Shown one piece after another: positions 6,101 to 6,893 of a DNA stretch of 6,893 nucleotides (positions are counted from its first letter, which is position 1; each line of letters begins with the position of its first letter). The notes beneath the pieces were generated by a model. The model did no database searches and had not been told where the DNA came from. It was given only the letters and a program-made list of their open reading frames with translations. The translations under genes were made by a program, and so were the position numbers. The stretch comes from an uncultured archaeon (GTDB lineage Archaea; Iainarchaeota; Iainarchaeia; Iainarchaeales; 0-14-0-20-30-16), in the NCBI GenBank assembly GCA_964565125.1, contig CAZMCX010000041.1:1-6893 (forward strand), given 5' to 3'.

Positions 6101-6867
6101 TTTACAACAAATTTAAAAGATCCATCCTCGCTCGGATCAAACTCTTTAGGACTAAGTTCAAAGATATAATTCTTGTTTTCAATTAACTCAACTGACTTTG
6201 TATACTGTTCATATCCATCTTTATCAATAGCTAAATTAACTTTCTTCAAAGGCAGCACAGCATCAAAACCACCATACTCATCTGTAGTTCCTTCAACTAG
6301 CAATTCATCGTCATCATAAATAGACAACTTTGCACTTCCCACAGTGGTTTGCGCTTTACCATTAATTACTTTAAAAGTTATTTTTCCAGTTTGTTCTTGT
6401 TTTTCAAAAATCAATGATACTTGCATTTCCTTTCCAGAAATTGGCAACTCTGAGGGGGCTGTGAAAATATACCCTTCCAAAGTAGAATTAAAAAATAATG
6501 AATCCCCAACTCCAATTCCTTTAATCTCTATTTGTGTTCCATTCTGCACTTGCTCAGACAACAATATCGTGCCATCTAATTTAGAAATGTTTAAAAAAAC
6601 TGAACTTGGAGTTATTCCATCATCGGTCATTATAGATAAATTCAAGGTTACGCTTGAGGCAAATACAATAGTTACTAGTAAAACAATTACAGCTATAATT
6701 AGGGCAATAATCAAAATTGTAAACCACATTGCAGGGATTCCTTTTTCTTCCAAAAAGTCAGAGTATTTTTGTGCAGGAATGCCTTTCTCATCCAAAAAAG
6801 CTACTAGGCTATCAAAACCAGCAGTCATTTTTTCGTTTATTTTCCCAAAAAATTCGCCTAAACCCAT
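1..6867 (-). CDS. Giant membrane-anchored surface/adhesin-like protein. The 5' end is complete and the 3' end is truncated by the window edge, giving at least 2,289 aa in the window.
   Basis: Splitting the plus strand into triplets from position 1, I found no tta, cta or tca triplet (minus-strand TAA/TAG/TGA) between 1 and 6885. The first in-frame stop upstream is tta at 6886-6888. The ATG is 'cat' at 6865-6867, preceded by AGGTG. The translation has coherent protein features: a TM helix, repeated beta-sandwich motifs and linkers. Positions 1-3 form a complete codon (GAT) and the frame stays open at the edge. Confidence 0.93.
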   Translation of the reverse strand, partial: MGLGEFFGKINEKMTAGFDSLVAFLDEKGIPAQKYSDFLEEKGIPAMWFTILIIALIIAVIVLLVTIVFASSVTLNLSIMTDDGITPSSVFLNISKLDGTILLSEQVQNGTQIEIKGIGVGDSLFFNSTLEGYIFTAPSELPISGKEMQVSLIFEKQEQTGKITFKVINGKAQTTVGSAKLSIYDDDELLVEGTTDEYGGFDAVLPLKKVNLAIDKDGYEQYTKSVELIENKNYIFELSPKEFDPSEDGSFKFVVKDVIQNALNNVKIDVYNIKSNTKIGSTNTNEDGIAIFSVKKGTSVRFVAQKDGFAVFDSNVEGILRTLLTDEEVISFIMSVGGGKLNVSVLDSLGVGIQEAKVSLYTTMLIEQLTENTDIGGTTSFSGLDYTILKYISVYKDGYYPQTKLLDSSSEMKFEMEKVDLTKAAIVDVFVVDKDNKPVGNATLEFKYDANGEFYPITGPNPITSITGYFTLNLKPNITLSVSANTDEEYGEASLLLKAGRNRIEIKMENAGSKFTMYLYDKYGKPLTNAHVMLFDKQGNLVYDGYTDLMGKIEADSLGNKELDMFVTDENGNTYSQTINPKDKMQIKLADNKNKDKLFVSLSKITDVDGKEVSAMQKGKTYLLVFNLFWPEGLYSGGLHIRLGSDNEKYVANQDVGIIGFDGVADNFKYGISYSPLPMPGDYSVDYYSTGVAGQFNKWLELYFTNPAGNSNLKVRVKSKATTDLNAMEIRYRAWTQEDTNFIRNPVDSMLGANENIPIKYGLYADTYLKEVQLMAGSLNCQNDVCISYTILDDQFTYDVGKFNGVLDYYYALDLELTSIIEQQISLSVQTEDTPKLYLNNYAESPTEFSPKDEKNTKQNVFVDMASMEKKKVRFYFNPFKEGLTNIAVKTITSKGVIEKNISVTIFPKKEMEVILNGDFIPLGEDFPIIVKEKGGNYLTNAKITISDKKTKKSVVFVEGTGKVDFGKDGRYLIKNSFTSGFYLVSVSVPGYLPTELEILLGNVGALYVKSDNDLIIPKNAKHGTVKISVQNKTKLPVESMSVNIVSSNLSSNFLISAKMVTGFIAANGVAELVVTGSYNGDEERENGVVELEIVGVQNKNEITKIKTKVFVYYNKEIKNTSCLWASKEALIYSLPAVQNAKIEDSILFRNNCEYDLKVTPQMVSDDASNYGLQLNMQGFDLKKGEEKSIKFTLVNLTPVIMADETKVLSLYLATDYFTKNIPLNITIWNAASSLSILTAGHIFVSAFKEMQGQYVPVIIQNNGRMPIHNIQVMASSNRYQMQPYNYATNTGQNFLNSYSQLNNSRYNQPGYNSSVNNKGVDAFTYQSGLTQDQYANPGNYVDPHSSIYNSPAYGSYASGGSAINFMPSTIQVLAPGQATMLQGYINMPSTSKQTEQYYGIQARGTIQGINQQISANGYLVIHVSPDKCITVKKGTKPENKLTYISETFGKEIARSFTLVNNCAEAVSITGVSEAELFGNKTVLSAPNGTTIELGQEKEFILTITASKEISRDNTLFVKGVLGVSQGPFNIPLLVNLRFGGGALTGTGEATVTDQKQIKDCVTGNELSVFYPRITTADCSTMGYCDSESMSKFLIAKIKYYLEVYKKKLTTINNKLENTNCEVGSASCSFEDFGLEALELNVYFTNDKLTQAQMDNDLKKINTGLIETAITDGIELTEVTSTWTKRLYLDKQLDGCGKYSLRITGAVQVINNDIIQKDSYNMYVQVLKKEKTSQCELKVQNALNYLPKDAQTKKDNPLGLRVGYVDYDSMDLESIAQDVSKQIFNQDRFLKSKPNTLFLKRDSVAEGNLVEFSIKQNGTDVIITVKINKNLDIGNEAIQKDVVKAITGFLNGNFDGCIVNTGEGVPNSAKVKSGTGGLSGKTKQPGEKDITAGDIKIGICSKLPLGKGTWHCDITVESQSLGRVDLFLIYPADTGLEAYFDSKGQTNKTIELTKEGNKSVGKAKINVEITDAFKVNSGANSDSSGLFYYAEREGIKTEPIRIAFDADCGITAQTFVNALMVDIGKNEKDFKEYALIYEKGVESRNTCELFTNFVKEGPQLGEKSIFDVDFKGTKKYANIYYPDCPLQQKSVVAALTSNATDPTKLGAATAAGMTACLVTEKWILKFLGPIGWAGAALDCGIFMGINVGTEYYQAHRVNAKAGISEKNWTDSVHDGIASVPILGTILGLEDYSSIEDDIAQMKEEQSFVEAGKEGVWDQKEEQGLAAVLLSLRKAKSTVTPETTTPEPGIPPETTSPPIPEEPLVPKTEEPLVKPKESIPTEEPPKATFD
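424..555 (-). other. Gly/Ala-rich hydrophobic segment with a GxxxGxxxG glycine-zipper (aa 2105-2148). It may be membrane-interacting.
   Basis: The translation is LGAATAAGMTACLVTEKWILKFLGPIGWAGAALDCGIFMGINVG. Two small-residue-rich hydrophobic stretches are separated by TEKWILK. GIFMGINVG is a GxxxGxxxG motif. Confidence 0.4.
451..2187 (-). other. Cysteine-rich distal ectodomain region of unknown fold (aa 1561-2139)
   Basis: In-frame aca/gca triplets (minus-strand TGT/TGC) number 15 in this region, 6 in aa 781-1560 and none in aa 1-780. The sequence includes DCVTGNELSVFYPRITTADCSTMGYCDSE, NTNCEVGSASCSFEDFG, LDGCGKYSLRITG, IGICSKLPLGKGTWHCDITV, FDADCGITAQTF and YYPDCPLQQK. I see no catalytic motif (no HExxH and no true P-loop). 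Confidence 0.5.
2251..3816 (-). other. About four Ig-like modules of the CARDB/NEW3/DUF11 style (aa ~1018-1539)
   Basis: Recurrent strand patterns are typical of these prokaryotic surface Ig-like domains: GTVKISVQNKTKLPVESMSVNIV...GVAELVVTG, IEDSILFRNNCEYDLKVTP...GEEKSIKFTLVN, QYVPVIIQNNGRMPIHNIQVMAS...IQVLAPGQATMLQGYINMP and IARSFTLVNNCAEAVSITGV...TIELGQEKEFILTITA. Approximate module bounds are 3526-3816, 3178-3501, 2587-3177 and 2251-2586. Confidence 0.4.
2629..3048 (-). repeat. N/Q/Y/S-rich low-complexity (prion-like composition) segment, aa 1274-1413, with its core at aa 1274-1363 (nt 2779-3048)
   Basis: The translation is MASSNRYQMQPYNYATNTGQNFLNSYSQLNNSRYNQPGYNSSVNNKGVDAFTYQSGLTQDQYANPGNYVDPHSSIYNSPAYGSYASGGSAINFMPSTIQVLAPGQATMLQGYINMPSTSKQTEQYYGIQARGTIQGINQQ. 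By hand count, 49 of the first 90 residues are N, Q, Y or S, with no Glu and only 3 basic residues. The rest of the protein is K/E/D-rich. Confidence 0.8.
3865..4134 (-). other. Seventh, isolated CarboxypepD_reg/PEGA-like beta-sandwich domain (aa 912-1001)
   Basis: The translation is MEVILNGDFIPLGEDFPIIVKEKGGNYLTNAKITISDKKTKKSVVFVEGTGKVDFGKDGRYLIKNSFTSGFYLVSVSVPGYLPTELEILL. The G-x-Y-x-[LV]-x-V-x-x-x-G-Y tail is the classic signature of this fold family. Confidence 0.6.
4135..5100 (-). other. Unassigned aromatic-rich, probably beta-rich globular region (aa 590-911). It contains a C-x4-C pair.
   Basis: The translation includes ...KGKTYLLVFNLFWPEGLYSGGLHIRLGSDNEKYVANQDVGIIGFDGVADNFKYGISYSPLPMPGDYSVDYYSTGVAGQFNKWLELYFTNPAGNSNLKVRVKS...LNCQNDVCISYTILDD.... 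I recognise no motif. The first cysteines of the protein occur here, at 4510-4527. Confidence 0.3.
5101..6657 (-). repeat. Six divergent tandem beta-sandwich repeats of about 80-90 aa, transthyretin-like (CarboxypepD_reg/PEGA-type), aa 71-589
   Basis: Approximate repeat starts are 6657, 6390, 6126, 5859, 5601 and 5334. A recurring pattern is G-x-[ILF]-x-[FV]-x-V-x-D...A-x-[VIL]-x-[LVI]-[YF]...T-[DN]-x-x-G-x-[FA]...K-D-G-[YF]. Examples are TDEYGGFDAV...DKDGYEQYTKSVEL, TNEDGIAIFSV...QKDGFAVFDS, YKDGYYPQTKLL and YDKYGKPLTNAHVMLFD...TDLMGKIE. Similarity exists at the protein-motif level only, with no obvious nucleotide repeat. Confidence 0.65.
6658..6729 (-). other. Single transmembrane helix (probable signal-anchor), aa 47-70
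   Basis: The translation MWFTILIIALIIAVIVLLVTIVFA is 24 consecutive uncharged, mostly aliphatic residues. It is preceded by a 46-aa charged tail, which is too long for a classical signal-peptide n-region. Confidence 0.8.
6730..6798 (-). repeat. Duplicated 9-aa motif FLDEKGIPA / FLEEKGIPA with a 14-aa (42-nt) period, in the N-terminal tail just before the TM helix
   Basis: Translation of aa 24-46 is FLDEKGIPAQKYSDFLEEKGIPA. Copy 1 is at 6798-6772 and copy 2 at 6756-6730. The second copy abuts the hydrophobic segment. Confidence 0.7.
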
Positions 6868-6874
6868 AAAATCA

Positions 6875-6880
6875 CACCTT
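6875..6880 (-). promoter_or_regulatory. Shine-Dalgarno ribosome-binding site (AAGGTG) for the giant ORF
   Basis: The minus strand reads ...ATATAAGGTGTGATTTTATGGGT. AGGTG lies 7 nt upstream of the ATG and is complementary to the conserved 3' end of 16S rRNA (CACCT). Confidence 0.6.
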
Positions 6881-6893
6881 ATATTTTATTGGG

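Noticed and set aside
6826-6828. Internal Met14 (or Met47 at 6727-6729) as an alternative start
   Set aside because: Neither has a purine-rich SD at the appropriate distance, whereas the ATG at 6867 does and is the first ATG after the upstream in-frame stop. Starting at Met47 would leave the hydrophobic core without any n-region.
1-6893. Alternative genetic code (stop-codon reassignment) as the reason the ORF track shows only short ORFs
   Set aside because: It is not needed. The minus-strand frame in phase with 6867 contains no TAA, TAG or TGA at all, so the standard code (table 11) gives a continuous protein. The ORF was missed because it is open at the window edge.
6881-6893. AT-rich AATAAAATATAA stretch upstream of the SD as a TATA-box or -10 promoter element
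   Set aside because: Only 26 nt upstream of the start are in the window. The stretch is too close to the ATG and SD to place a transcription start confidently, and such strings are common in DNA this AT-rich. It cannot be supported.
1-6893. CRISPR arrays, tRNA/rRNA genes, IS or transposon ends, integrase or toxin-antitoxin modules, and multi-gene defence or biosynthetic systems
   Set aside because: I found no spaced direct repeats, no inverted terminal repeats and no structured-RNA-like GC-rich segments. There is no room for additional genes, because one continuous CDS covers all but the last 26 nt.

Overview
The whole 6,893-nt window is essentially one gene. A single reading frame on the minus strand runs from an ATG at 6867 down to position 1 and off the window edge. 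That is 2,289 sense codons with no TAA, TAG or TGA, which I checked codon by codon by hand. The supplied ORF track does not list it, presumably because it has no stop codon inside the window. All seven ORFs the track does list are antisense or off-frame shadows of this gene. The start is supported by an AGGTG Shine-Dalgarno motif 7 nt upstream and an in-frame TAA at 6888-6886.

The predicted product is a giant membrane-anchored surface or adhesin-like protein:
- a 46-aa N-terminal tail carrying a duplicated FL[DE]EKGIPA motif
- one strong transmembrane helix
- six divergent tandem beta-sandwich repeats of about 85 aa with the CarboxypepD_reg/PEGA-type signature, plus a seventh isolated copy
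- an unassigned aromatic-rich region
- about four Ig-like modules resembling CARDB/NEW3, one of them interrupted by an N/Q/Y/S-rich prion-like low-complexity segment
- a roughly 580-aa cysteine-rich distal region with no motif I recognise
- a Gly/Ala-rich hydrophobic glycine-zipper segment
- a Pro/Thr/Glu-rich linker at the window edge

The DNA is visibly AT-rich. Arg is encoded almost only by AGA/AGG and ATA (Ile) is common. This fits a low-GC archaeon (possibly DPANN-like) or an ultra-small bacterium, but the lineage cannot be settled from this window. I see no RNA genes, CRISPR arrays, mobile elements or multi-gene system. All domain assignments are motif-level pattern recognition, not database hits.
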